NCBI RefSeq assembly: GCF_022539665.2
Contig: NC_081333.1
Location: 4,030,001-4,094,000 of the forward strand
From: Daphnia carinata
Taxonomy: Eukaryota
Length of the DNA: 64,000 bases
Direction: 5' to 3'
The position numbers and the translations under genes were made by a program. The notes under the pieces were generated by a model, which saw only the letters and a list, made by a program, of their open reading frames with translations, was not told the origin of the DNA and made no database searches. Positions 1 through 12,758 of this stretch are shown one piece after another (the first letter of the stretch is position 1; every line of letters starts with the position of its first letter).

Positions 1-1632
1 ATGATGGCGCGTGCCAAATCGTTTTTTTTTTGGGGGGGGGGGGGTTAGGATTGAGAAAAAAAAAAAAGAAGAGGATCTTCAGGATCGATGTGTACATGTC
101 AATGAACTCTAACTCCCCTCTCTCCCTCCTTCCAAATGGCAATTGATTTAGAAAAAGCTTTTTTAAACAAAAAAAAAAAAAAAGGCGAAATGTGCGGACG
201 TGTTTTTCCCGTCGATTGGGTGGAATGAACGAAAATGGGACGTGCCGAAATAAAAATAATAAAAAAAAAAAAAAAAAAAAAAAAAAGGGCGGGAGGATCA
301 TCTTTTATTTCAATTTGCTGAGAGCGCGGCGAGGAGGATAGGAGCTGCCCGAAGAGCTGTCAACAGGATCTGAAGAGTTATAAAGTACAATCCAATCTCA
401 TAGATGACATCCTCTTCCATCAACTCGTGTCGACTAAAGCTCCAGCGCTCCCCCACCACCTCCCCCCCCCACACACCCAACTATAAAAAAAAAAAAAAAA
501 ATCCCCACTCGTTTTTTTATTATTCAATTTTTTTTTTATAAGGAAATTTCTAGACTGGAACACACACAAAAAAAAACAAAAAAACATTGATATTGTTCCA
601 GTAATAGGGTGGACACACTACAACGCAATATCGGATAGTGCCAAGAAAAAGACGAGGGGGACATGTGTAGAATACAAGTCGAGCAAACGTCTCCACATAA
701 AGATGGATCAAGTCCTATCCCATTTTTTTCTTTAGCTTCTTATGTCTCTGCCTTACTACACACACACACACAGAGAGAGAGAAAGAAAGAGAGAGAGAGC
801 GCATTTGATATTTATTATGCGTCGCTATCCCAGTGAGTGGTGAAGGGTGGGGTGGGGGGGAAAGCTTTATTCCGGGCAACGTTCCAGCAAATGCACGCCG
901 AGTCATCGCGAAAGAAAACGATCTAATATTAAGATCTCGCAGAGGCAAACACACACACACACACACACAAAAAAGAAGGAAATGTTATTTTTTTTTTGTT
1001 GTTGTTGTTGTTGTTGTTTGTTCTAGTTGTTGCTGTTACAAAAGACATGACGACAAAAATCACCACTCGACCTTTTTTTTTTTCTTCCTCCCCCCTCCAT
1101 CCGCTTAGATTTGTTTTTCTTGTGTTCCAAATGTTTTATTTTTATTTTTATTTTTTTTTTGGATTATTCTTTTAGAAAAAACCTTCGCTTTCTTTTTCTT
1201 TACTGTCGCTCTCTCTCTCTCTCTCTGTGTTCTACTCGGCATATCGGAGCCCTCCCAAATATTGATTCATCCATCTATATAGACAAACTGGGGGCTTGAT
1301 GGCAGGGGGGGGGGGAGCTCTTGTTAATATTTGCCCATTCTTCTTCCTTTCGTTTTTTTTTTTTATGATTATTATTATTCCTCTTTTTTTTTATATACAT
1401 ATTTTTAAGGGGGAGGGGGGGGGGGAACTGTTTCCGCCTTAAAGGTCTTGCGTGTGTGTATGTGTGTTATGCCGGCAAAAGATAAATAGATATCTCTTTA
1501 TCTCTTGTCGTATGAGACAAATTGATTTTGTTTTTTTTGTTTTTTTTTTTTTTTTCTCTTTTCTTTTGTTTTCTCGAGAAATAGAAACGAGTTGAAGAGA
1601 AAAAAAAAAAAAAAAAAAAAAGAGAGACTAAC

Positions 1633-4597
1633 CTGACAGATTCCATCAATGCACATGTCCAAACTGCCCGGATTGCAACGCGTTCCATCGTGAACGCGGG
1701 CCGCGTGCTGGACGACCAGCGACGTGTTGACAGCCCGGCACGAAAGCGAACACGTCGGCGTGCTTTTATCCATGATCGGTACCCAATTGTATAATTTGCC
1801 CTTTTTAATTAAAAAAAAAAAAATAATAATAATAATAATAATGTAATTTAATTATTAAATCACATTTTTTTTTTTTTTTTTTCTTAATGAAGCAAAACAA
1901 AACACGCACGAAAAATGCGTCGTGTTTTAAGAGAAAAACTGGGTCAAACCCATTCGTACCTGGTAAGGTATGCTGTTGTAATTTTGGCACTGCTGCAACC
2001 GGAAATCGACCAATTCCGGGCACGGCTAAATGAATAAAATATGTTAATGAGGCCAGCAGCAACAACAACAATAAGAGGAGGAGGAGGAGGAGGGAAATGG
2101 AATGGTGATCTGAGAAATGTGTCAATACCTGCATATTGCAAATCTGATAGCGGATGCTACGTCCGTTGATTCCGCATCCGCGCACCGTGTCCATGCAGCG
2201 ACGCGTCTGGTAGGTGGCACCACCGTCGCACGTCCTCGAACACGGCGCCCACTCCGACCATGTGGACCATTGCGGCTCCAGCGGATCTCTCGCCTTTCAA
2301 CAACGCAAACAACATCAAAATAAGAGGGGGGGGGGGGGGGGAAAAAGGAAAAAAGAGACAAGTTTGGGCATGATGAAACAACGATGAATGATTGGCACTT
2401 TATCCAGCACACACACGCACAGACACAAAACAATACCGAAATCCATCAACATCATCGGATATTTACAAACCCCCCCCCCCTAAAAAAAAAAAAAAGGGGA
2501 TGGGGATTTTGTCTTTCGATTCTTACATCCTCCGCTTTTTTTTTTTTTTTTTTTTGAGGTAGGTGTGTATCATCATCATCGATGTATTTATCCCTTTTTT
2601 GGAGCGTGAAAAGGAATAGAGCCCCAGACGCGCGTGAATCGATGCCATTGACAGGTTGATTGATGAATTTCACGAGACGATCGTAATTGCAACAAGCTCC
2701 AATCACGGACGGATAAGAAGAGGAAGAGGTTTTCTTTTTTATTTTTTTAGCGACTATTGGCAAAATGATAAATGACTACGGTGTTCTTATTTCACATGAT
2801 TTTTGTTTTCCATGTTTTGTTTTGTTTTGTTTTTTTATTGTTGTTGTTGTTCTACGTCTAGCGAGTGGATTGTTTGTTGTAAAACACGTAACCTTCGGGT
2901 ATATATATCACTCCTGTTTGGCTTCTACATGTTAAGGGGGGGTGGGGGAGGGCTCTGTTTCATCCGAATCGATCGATAATCGATTCGTCAAAAGAAAATG
3001 TTTTGAAGCTCCTCTGCAGATAAAAACGTTCCATTTTTTTTTTTTTCGTGTAGCAAAACAAGAATGTTCGTTTTTTAAATTTTACCTCGTTTCCGCCAAA
3101 ATCATCCAGCATTGCCGCTCCGACGTCCATCATTAACGAAACCTGGTGCCAAAAAAAAACAAACAAGACAAAACACATCAATTAGTTGTGTAAATAAGTC
3201 TTACATAGCTCTTCAAATTCGGGCGTCATTGTTAGGTTCATTACTCGCAACGAGTGGGGGGGGGGAGGAGGAGGAGGAATCCGCGTGTAATGAATTGCAT
3301 TGTCGCCATGACAACCAAGCACCCAAAAAAAAAAAAAAATGGAGGAGGAGAAAAGTCAGCATTGCGATCAATCAAAATAATAAATAAATAAATTTGAAAA
3401 TAAAATCCTGAATGCGTGTAATGTTTCCGGTGATTTGCATATTGTTGCGTGTGAATTTGATTGACTGGCAGCGCGCGCTAAATTCAAATTTCTTTTAATT
3501 TTAAATCAAAACATCGATGTTTTCGAACGCATCAACTTTGTCCTCAATAAAAAAAAAAAAAGGGAAATCCGAGTCGGGGGGTAAAGATAAAAATAAAATA
3601 AAATAAAAGAGCGGCAGGTGGAGACAATTCAAAAAAAAGGACGGCAACACGAGCCGTTACGTCTTTTCCTCCCCGGCACAACTTGGGACCCCCTTTAAAG
3701 GACAAGTAGGCAATGTGTCACCTAACCCCTCACCGCCCCAGTTCTTCTCCCCCCCACCCCCCTAACCCCACTTCTTTTTTTCTTTTTTTTTTTTCGTGTT
3801 GTTAAACTGATGGTCATCGGACACGCAGTTCTTCTCCTTTTACCTCTCAACCCGCAAGTCTACATACACACACACACACACACACACACGCGGACAAAGT
3901 TTGTGCCAGTCCGCTTTTCTTTTCTTTACACACTAGGCAGCCATTTTTCCCTTCCTCTTACACTTAATCAATAACTGCAGCACCAACGTTTCCCAAACCT
4001 CTTGTAAGAAAACAAAATACAAAAAAAAAAAAAAAAAATTCTTACACAATCTTATAACAAATGACCGGACCGCACATAACACCATCGGTTTGACAGTTCC
4101 CCCCCCCCCTCCTTTTTTTTCTGCTTGTGGTTCAACAATCAACTCATCTCATTTTTTTTTCTTTTTTGCGGCCATCGCTGAAGAAGAAGAAGAAAGGGGA
4201 TCACTTTTCCAAACTGTTACTTCAAACAATCGTGATACCCCTCCCCACTGGTATGTGGTTGAGGATAGTGGGGTTGGGAAGTGGGTGGGGGGTTGTTATC
4301 TTTTATTTTTTATATTTTTTCTTTTTTTTTTTTTGTTGGGTTATCAGAGAGAAACGCACTTACAAGCGGCTGTCATTCGGCTCTGTACGCGATTTATCAC
4401 GTTCCGACTTGCAACGGCGTCCCGCACGCAAGGCGACGGCCACTCCCCCCCCCCCCCCCAAAGAAAAAAAAAAGTGGACCTTTTGTTTTTGTTTTTTTAT
4501 TGGGGACAAGTTAAATAAGAAAAGAAAACGACATTCGCGAAAATATAAAAGAACTTCTTACGCATCTCGAATTGAATCGCCAATCTTGAAAGGCTTT

Positions 4598-4630
<33 letters not shown>

Positions 4631-5268
4631 GGCTATCCAATTTTGTTTTTATTAGCACAGCCTCAATTTCGCTTGGTTTTAATTGTTTGACCCTTCCCCC
4701 CTCCCCCCTTCTTTTATTTTGGAATGAAAACCTATTTCAGTGGAGTAATAGCACAGAGTCATAACAATAAATGTTTTTCTTGTTTTTGTTTTTTTTTTTC
4801 ACCCCCCCCCCCCCGAACAAATTGAATTAACCTAAAAATACACACACCTGGTTTTATTACTGTTATTAACCCTTTCTTCTCAACTTCCCTTGAAAAAAAA
4901 AAAAAAAAACCCACTTCATTAAAGCAAATGGACCGAGGTCATAAAAAAAAAATATTTTTTTCAAGTTTCTTCCGGCCACACACACACACACATCACACAC
5001 ACACACACACACACACAGGTATGCACCATCGCCCCCACCGGAGTTTAGAAACTCCTTTTTTTTTTTTTTTTTTTTACCTTAATTGGATAGTCTTTTATTG
5101 TGTACCTGTGCACTGCTAAACTATCGATTTGTTCACAAAGAAAAAAAAAATGGGAGAAACTACTTCAAACCATTTGGCCTCTATTGAAAAAAAAAAGAAA
5201 CTGGACATTGAAATAGAAGAAGATTAAAAATGTTTTTTTATCTTTTTTCTTGAAATCATTTACCAAAG

Positions 5269-5301
<33 letters not shown>

Positions 5302-5467
5302 GCGTGGCAAATCAAAATTTAAATTGTGTTCCCCTCCCTTTGACGGTGGTCGTTTCACCTTGCCGAAGAATTTCTTTTTTTTCTAAATCTCTATTCTCTT
5401 TTACATTTCGCGAGTTGGCAAGAGAGGGGGGGTCTAGCAAACGATTTTTTCTTTTTCCTTTTTTGAC

Positions 5468-5502
<35 letters not shown>

Positions 5503-8365
5503 GGGGGGGGGGGGGGAGCTGGACCAAAAAGAAAGTCATTTGTCAATGTCCATTTTTTTTTTTTTTTCCTTTTTTCCTTTCTCCTTTCGCAAGCGGTTCT
5601 TCTTCTTCTTTCGTTATCCGCAACACACATCCAACGAGAGGGTGCGGATAGCCCAAAAGAACACACACACAAAGAATGCCAACACACACACACAAGACAG
5701 TGAGAGAGAGAGAGAGAGAGAGATAAGTTTCTAAAGTGTCTGTGAGAAAAGAAACAAGAATTTTTTTGTGTGTTTTTTTTTTAGTGGGGGCCCAACATCA
5801 ATTTGAGGAGGAGTTTTTTTTGTTTTTTTTTTCTTGGCCATCCTCTTTTTAGCCTATTGCTTTCACTAGGTACTCTACATTTATTAGATTTTTTTTTTGT
5901 TTTGTTTTTTTCGCCCCTTCAAGAGGGGCAGCCCTTTTTTTTTTTTTTTTTGGGAAATACCGAAGAGGATGTACGCGTGATCTGTTCGTGAAATTCAAAG
6001 TGCCTTGTGCTTTTTTTAAACGATGTTTCAGATAAGAACTGACCGATCAAATACTTTGCATTTACAATAATAATAGATGGGGAAGCGCACATTCAAATGG
6101 GCGTGTCTGTTGATAGGCAAATTGCACTTTGAAAAATTGTATGTTTTGAAAATGAAAGAAAATGTGAAGGTTGAAATATCTGCGCGGCACGTTGAGATTT
6201 AAAAAAAAAAAAGGTATTTCTCCGCAGGTGATGGGTGAAATGAAGTTATTTGACACACACACACGCGCGCTTGTGTGTGTGTGTTTCAGTTAAAGTTAAA
6301 GGGGGGAAAAAAATCAAACAAGTCAGATGATTCGATGAGGAAAAATGTCTGCCCCTCTGACCGCAATCGAACAACATCAAAAGGGTCACGAAAAAAAAAA
6401 AATCGATCCACCAGTTATGTAAATTAAAAGAGCGTCACGATGATATTGGCGATGAGTCAACGATCAATTGCAAAAAAAAAAAAAATGCAAACGGTTGCGT
6501 GTGGCCATTCAAATAGCGGCGCCAAAATTCAAATTCAAAAACGATTTTTTTTTTTTTTTTTTTTTCAAAATGTTCGTCCCCTTCGCAGCTTTTTTTTTTT
6601 TTTTTTTTTTGAAAATGACATTCCTTCCGAACGTACCCGGCACTTTTATTCAACTTCCATGTTTGGAACACTGAAAGACGTCGATCAGCGTTTCAAAAAA
6701 AAAAAAAAAAATAAAATAAAATAAAATAAAGAAATAAATCGAATCAAATTTTTCTTTCGTGTTTTATGTACAAAAGAAAAAAGAAAAAAAAAAAAAAACT
6801 GGTTCTTATTTATTATTATGCTGCCTAGTAAAAAGAAAAAAGAAATAAATAAATAAATGTCTGTAATGTTGAACTTGTCCGGATAACTTTACAACCCCTT
6901 CACTCATTCCTCCCCACCCAGAAAAAAAAAAAAAAAAAAAAGATCTTTGACGGACACCTATCCCCATTGTTATCGGCATAACAATTTTTCTTCGTTCGTT
7001 CTTCATTCTTTACTTCCCCCTACCTCTCGCTTTTTTTTCTTTTCCATGCACACTCGTTTGCTTTCAAAAAAAAAAAAAAAATAAAATACAATGGAAGGAT
7101 GTTGTTATTGTAAACTCCACCGACGGGGTGTAAAAGAAACAAAAAATTCAAAGACATGCAAATGACAGTCGGGGGGGGGGGGGGGGGGGACACACACACA
7201 CAAAAAAAATCACAATATCCTCCCCCCCCCCCCCCCCCAAAAAAAAAAAAATGCTAATCATCACGAAGTAACGAGAAAACAAATTTTTGACTAGATGACC
7301 ACAGCGTCCTTTTTTAATCCTTTTTTAATCAAATGAGATTCAATCAGGCTGTCGACCATCAGACTATATGGTAGTTGATTTTCATTTAATAAATAGATGC
7401 CGATGCAGCGGCACATCATCAAAACCTCATCCGAAAATATAAAAAAAAAAAAAAAAAAAAGAAGTCCGTGTAGTCAGCGCTAATAGAAAAGAAGCGCCCT
7501 CTTCCCCCCCCCCTCTCTCTCTCTCACTCCCGCAAAAAAAAATAAGGAAAAAAAAAAAAAAAAAGAAAAAGAAAAGAAAGACACGACCGCCAACAAGAGA
7601 CTTTCGGATCGATGAGCATTTTTGGATGACTGGGCGGAAGCCGGAAACCGGATGCTGACATTCCACGATTTCTAACCCTCCCCATTTCTATCGCGAGACC
7701 ATTTTCTTCTTCTATCGAATGTTCTCCTCCTCTCCCCCCCCCACCCCCTTCTTTTTTGATGATTGCCAACTTTTGCTTGTCTAGTCTTGTACAAGTCTCC
7801 CCCCCCCCCATCTCCGTCTCTATTGCCCGGCCAAGAAAATTGGGAACACACGAACATCTTTAAAGACGCGATCCAGTTGATCGTACACACACACACACAC
7901 ACACACATCACACAAGCTAAATGATGATGCCAATGAATAAATCATTCAGACTGCCAAACCCGATTCTCTTTCTCTCTTGCCCGCCCCATTTTCCTACGAA
8001 AACAGCTGATGGATCGACTATTCTTTTTTTTTTTTTTTTACGAATAAAAAAAAAAAAAATGGGATACATAAACAAACCGGCCAAACGCTTTTTCTTTTTC
8101 TTTTTTTTTAATCACGTAGTGAGATCCCAGGGCGTTCACGCAGACGTTAAAACAAAAAATGTTATATATCCCCCCCCTCCCTATCATCTAGTCGAATGTG
8201 ACATTGTCAATTGTATTAGAACGGCCGACTGTTGGACGGACAGTCGGAATCACGAAACATGACATCAAATCAAAGAAGAAAAAAAAAAAAAGAATTTCTT
8301 TTGTAGCTGGACAGCCGGACTCTATTTTGCGAGAAAATAAGAGCGCCATGTCCAAAGGGGCTATG

Positions 8366-8398
<33 letters not shown>

Positions 8399-10158
8399 AC
8401 ACCCGAAGGAAACCTTTAAGTGAATCACAAATAAAGGGCCCTGCACCCCAAAGGGATCATACTAAGTTGGCCTTTTTTTTTTTTTTTTTTCTTCTTCTTC
8501 CTTTACTTTCTACTGCACAAAAAAAAAAAAAAACAAACAAGGAGATATAAGATTACTTAAAAGAACTTGTGTATAGTCTCATGTCTCTTAATCCCGGCCA
8601 TGTTTCGAGAGGATGGCCAGATACGTCTTACAACAAGGGAAAAGTTCAAGTACCGCAGAACGTACGTAAAGGGGAGGGTGGTGGTCTTTAGCAAACATGT
8701 TTCCTACTATTTTGTTAATCATTCTATCGCTTTTTTTTCTTTTTTGTCTGCCCTCCAGTTCGAGTGCAGTACTTGATTTCGACAACGTGACACGATAATC
8801 AGCATTCCTCACCGTCTTCCCCTTCCCGGCAGCCCCAAACTTTGTGTTTTCATGTCAGATTAAAGTAGATAGAACCTCATTCGTATTTAACAAGTTCTAT
8901 CGATGACTTCACTTAAAAACTAAATCCGTTGATTTGTCAACAAGAAAAAAAAAAGAAAAAAAAGAAGGTGAACATCTGTAACGTTCAGATTGAAAGAAAC
9001 AATGGACGAGTCGCAGGCAGGTGTTGACAGGTCGTATTTCGTGAAAGGGGGGGGGGGGAAGAAACAAGGAATTTACGTTTACGTTTGAAAGGCTGAATGG
9101 GACGCAACGCTCGTTCCAAAACGTCGTCGTTTGGAGGGAGAGCAAAAGTGAAAATAAAAAATGATGTGGCAGCGCATACAGAAAGAAAAGCAACTCGATC
9201 TCGTTGTTAACTGAAATATTAAAAAAAAAAATAAATAAATAAAAAAAAAATACGGGGTATCGACCTGAACTATCTCTTGTAACATGTGGGAGGGGGGGGG
9301 GGGCATTTCCCATTTTTTTTTGTATGGACACGGATCATCATCAAAGCAAACCGAACTCGGTGCCAATGGGCTTCGACCATCTCCGTTTTTAATGCTCACG
9401 CACGTCTTTGTTCCCAAATTATTTATTTTTTTTTTTTTTTTTAAGAAAAATCAATTGAAAATATAGGCCAGTTTTAGAATTAAAAAAAAATTGAAAGTGA
9501 GGATGTTGTCTTTAAAGTTGTTTGTAAAAGTGAAGAGAAAATGTTGTTCATTAACAACACGCGTTTCATCGTTGTCTTGGCGGGGGAAAATGTTTGGATG
9601 GGGACGAATGTTAAACAAGGAACATCACGATGTCCTTCAATTAAAATAACAAAAAGAAAAAACGGAAAAAAGGGGTTTGCCTACATCAATTCTTTTCAAT
9701 TCCATATGCGTCGTCGAGGAGGAAAGAAAAAGAAAGAAAAATGATTATACATTTTTCTTTGAATCATCCGGTGAGTCATTTCCCCCCCCCGTTTTTTCCT
9801 TTCTGCGCAAGCAAAAGCTCGCGCGCCCAGTTAAACAGTTGCCCAGGCACCTTATTGTCCATAGAGCTTTTCAGTACACACACGCCCATGAAAGCGATGG
9901 CCCGGCCCGTCAGAAACGGGCGTGGACCATGGTAAAAGGGCTTCTCAACACTACGTACCGTGTCCGTGCATACCGACTCATACGTAATGACATCTTTTCC
10001 TTCTTTTTTTTTTTTTCTTAGAAAGAAGTTTTCTCTCTCGTTCTCTTCGCTCTTGTAAAGACACACTTACAAGGCGTTTGTGTGTGCAGTTTTCTCTCGT
10101 ACTCACGAATTAATCACCGAACAGCAAGTTTTTCCTTCTTTTTTTTTTTTTCTTTTCA

Positions 10159-10190
<32 letters not shown>

Positions 10191-12758
10191 CTTTATTATG
10201 AGGTGGGACACATTATCCATGCTGCCTTGAGTCACATGCCTCACAGTGGCCTTTATTGCACCATGCTGTTTCTATTTGGTGCAGGAATTTCAACGGTCAC
10301 TTAATGTCCACACTTTTGTGTCTCGCTGCTTGTTCCTGCTTTCTGTGGCAGTTGCCAATTTTCCTTCTCGCTCCTAGCTTGCCCTTGGGTGCTACATGTG
10401 CCTCTGAGCGTAATGACAACTGAAAGGAAACTCTACAATAATGGGAGGAAGTGTTGTCACGTAAAAGAAAACAGCCCTTCAAGCCAAAATGTCCCTAGTT
10501 TCAACAGAAGAACAAGGGCCCAGGGACGAATTCGTACCATCAATCAACTATCAAACAAGAATTGTGAAGCAGCACACGTCAACGTGATAATAATAGATAA
10601 CGTCAGCAGCACTTACTTTCCAAAAATAAAATGGCATCACGTGATTTCTTCACCAGCCTTTTCTTTTTCTTGCTTCATTTTCAAGGAGGCTTGCTTGACG
10701 AGAAGCTCAGTTTCCCATTTTCGATGATTAAACGTTAAAGGAGTAAAATATAAACGAGACGTCATCATCTAATCGTTTCGTGGGCGCCACTGTTTGTTCG
10801 CGCCACAAAATGTCCGACCAAAAAACAATTGAGTCATTGTCTGACAGCGTTGCAGATTTTGACCACAAGATAAATCTTCTAAACTCGTTGATGCTGTCAT
10901 TTCATTTATTGTATAATCATCAATCAAAATTCCAAAACGTCAAGCAGTAGTCAACACATTTTTTTTTTTACGAAATTCCTTTTTTTTTTTGTATATCATT
11001 TTTTTTTGGGGAGCGAAACCAAATAAAAAACCTCAACATCCTTTTTTTCTCAAACGTGAGTCAACGATATCCGGAACGATCGAACGAATGTCATCACAAC
11101 TTGTTTGTGGAGGGTATTCGTAAAAATTGGAAATAAGAGTTGTATAGCTACAGTTTACTGCCTACCGAATATCTCGTTTCATTTCGAGACAAGAAATCTG
11201 TTCGTTCGATCTAAATGAATTTAAGAGGGGGTCGTCGTCGACGGTGGTTCTACACAGGCGGAAAGTCCTAACCTTTTTGTTTTCTTTTTTTTTCAAAAGC
11301 CATTTTTATTGCATTCGAACCCTTTAAATTTATTATTTTTTGGTTCTTTTTCAACAATAACAACAAGAGAAAAACAAAAACAAAAATAAAGGTTGATTCC
11401 CATAGTGTCTTCCACGTAATAGAACAACAACAGCAAAGAAGCAGCCCAAACATGGAAACTCCATTAAGCAAATCTTCGTTGTGATTTCCCGGTCTTTTCA
11501 CATTTCCTTTTTCTCTTAGGTAAGACCAAAACGAAACAAGCAATGGAGGAAATGCTTTCCTTTCAACATCAGCCAATACGAAATCTTTTTAATCTAGCCG
11601 GCAAAACATGTTATTCACTTTTGTGACTATTAGAGCGAAACATTAAATGAAATGAGGCAAAGAAAAAGAACCAAAAAACAGCGGCTTTTCAACACAGTGG
11701 GGGGAGGTATATAAAAATTCCATTCTTTTTTTTTTTTTTTTTCCATTGGGACCAGTTATTGTAACCCTCAAAGTCTATTAGTATTGTATAACAACCGACA
11801 ACTTTGACGGGGGATTTCTCATTTTCGTGCGAACCGGGCGGCAAAAAAAAACAAAACAAAACAAAGGTGGGTCATAAACGCGTGTCGTAACGGAGGTTAA
11901 AGCGCAATAATCCCCTTGCAAAAAAAAAAAAAAAAATGAAAGAAAACTAGTAAAAGAAAAATTTTGTACGTGTGTGTAATCATCGCGCTTTTATTGTACG
12001 CTTATGAGCGTTCAAACCGGGTAAAAGCCTTTTCGCTTATGGTGGCGCTTTTGTTTTTTTTTGTTTTGTTTTTTTTAATTTAAAAATTTACTTTTTCTTT
12101 CAAATACATATTTTTTTTTATTAGTCACTAGTGTGTGTAAGTATTACGGTGTGTGTGTGTGTGTGTGTGTTGGCCGACACACTTGAGTCGACAAAGGGGA
12201 AAAAAGCAGCGGGAGATTGGCGGCGGCTTTAAAAAACTTTTTCTTTAAATAATTTTATTTTTATTTTTTTTTTTTTTTTGTTCCCCAACTTGTTTTACAT
12301 TTTTGATTATTATTTTTCAATTTCCATCAACATCCTCCCCATTTCCTAATCTCATCGTCGCTTTTTGTTTTGTCTTTCTGTTTTCTTTTATAACTGAATT
12401 GGATTTTGTGTTTCTGTTTTTTCTCAATCGCCCCCCGGCAGCTTCTGATTTGCTGTTTAGTTTGATACGGCCGGTAACGAAAAAAATACAAAAAAAACAA
12501 ACGTCGGTAGATATTTACTTTATGATAGATAGATAGATGACATGTAGTAGTACAACCGATCTATCCCGCCCTGTCATTCTTGTTTTCCCTTTCATTTCAT
12601 TTTAAAAAAAGTTATCGAATATTTTGAAAACTATTCCGCCCATTTTCGGTATTTTTTTTTAAATTTCCGCAGTTTTCCCATCAACTTTAAAGAGTAAATC
12701 AATTGAAAATGAAACTCACCAAGACGAAGACAATCAACTTGGCTCTTGATGTGTCCAT
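1633..12758 (-). CDS. ADAMTSL1/3-like: ADAMTS-like secreted ECM protein, ADAMTSL1/3 (punctin)/MADD-4/nolo type; 5' part only, continues left of the window
   Basis: Five phase-0 GT-AG exons: 12758-12720 (MDTSRAKLIVFVL), 3142-3086 (VSLMMDVGAAMLDDFGGNE), 2293-2129 (ARDPLEPQWSTWSEWAPCSRTCDGGATYQTRRC...ICNMQ, TSP1 repeat), 2025-1960 (PCPELVDFRLQQCQNYNSIPYQ), 1800-1633 (GKLYNWVP...CSLSC...VHDGTRCNPGSLDMCIDGICQ, ADAMTS Cys-rich module). Signal peptide followed directly by TSP1 with no protease domain matches the ADAMTSL architecture. The first two exons are less certain than the last three. Confidence 0.88.
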
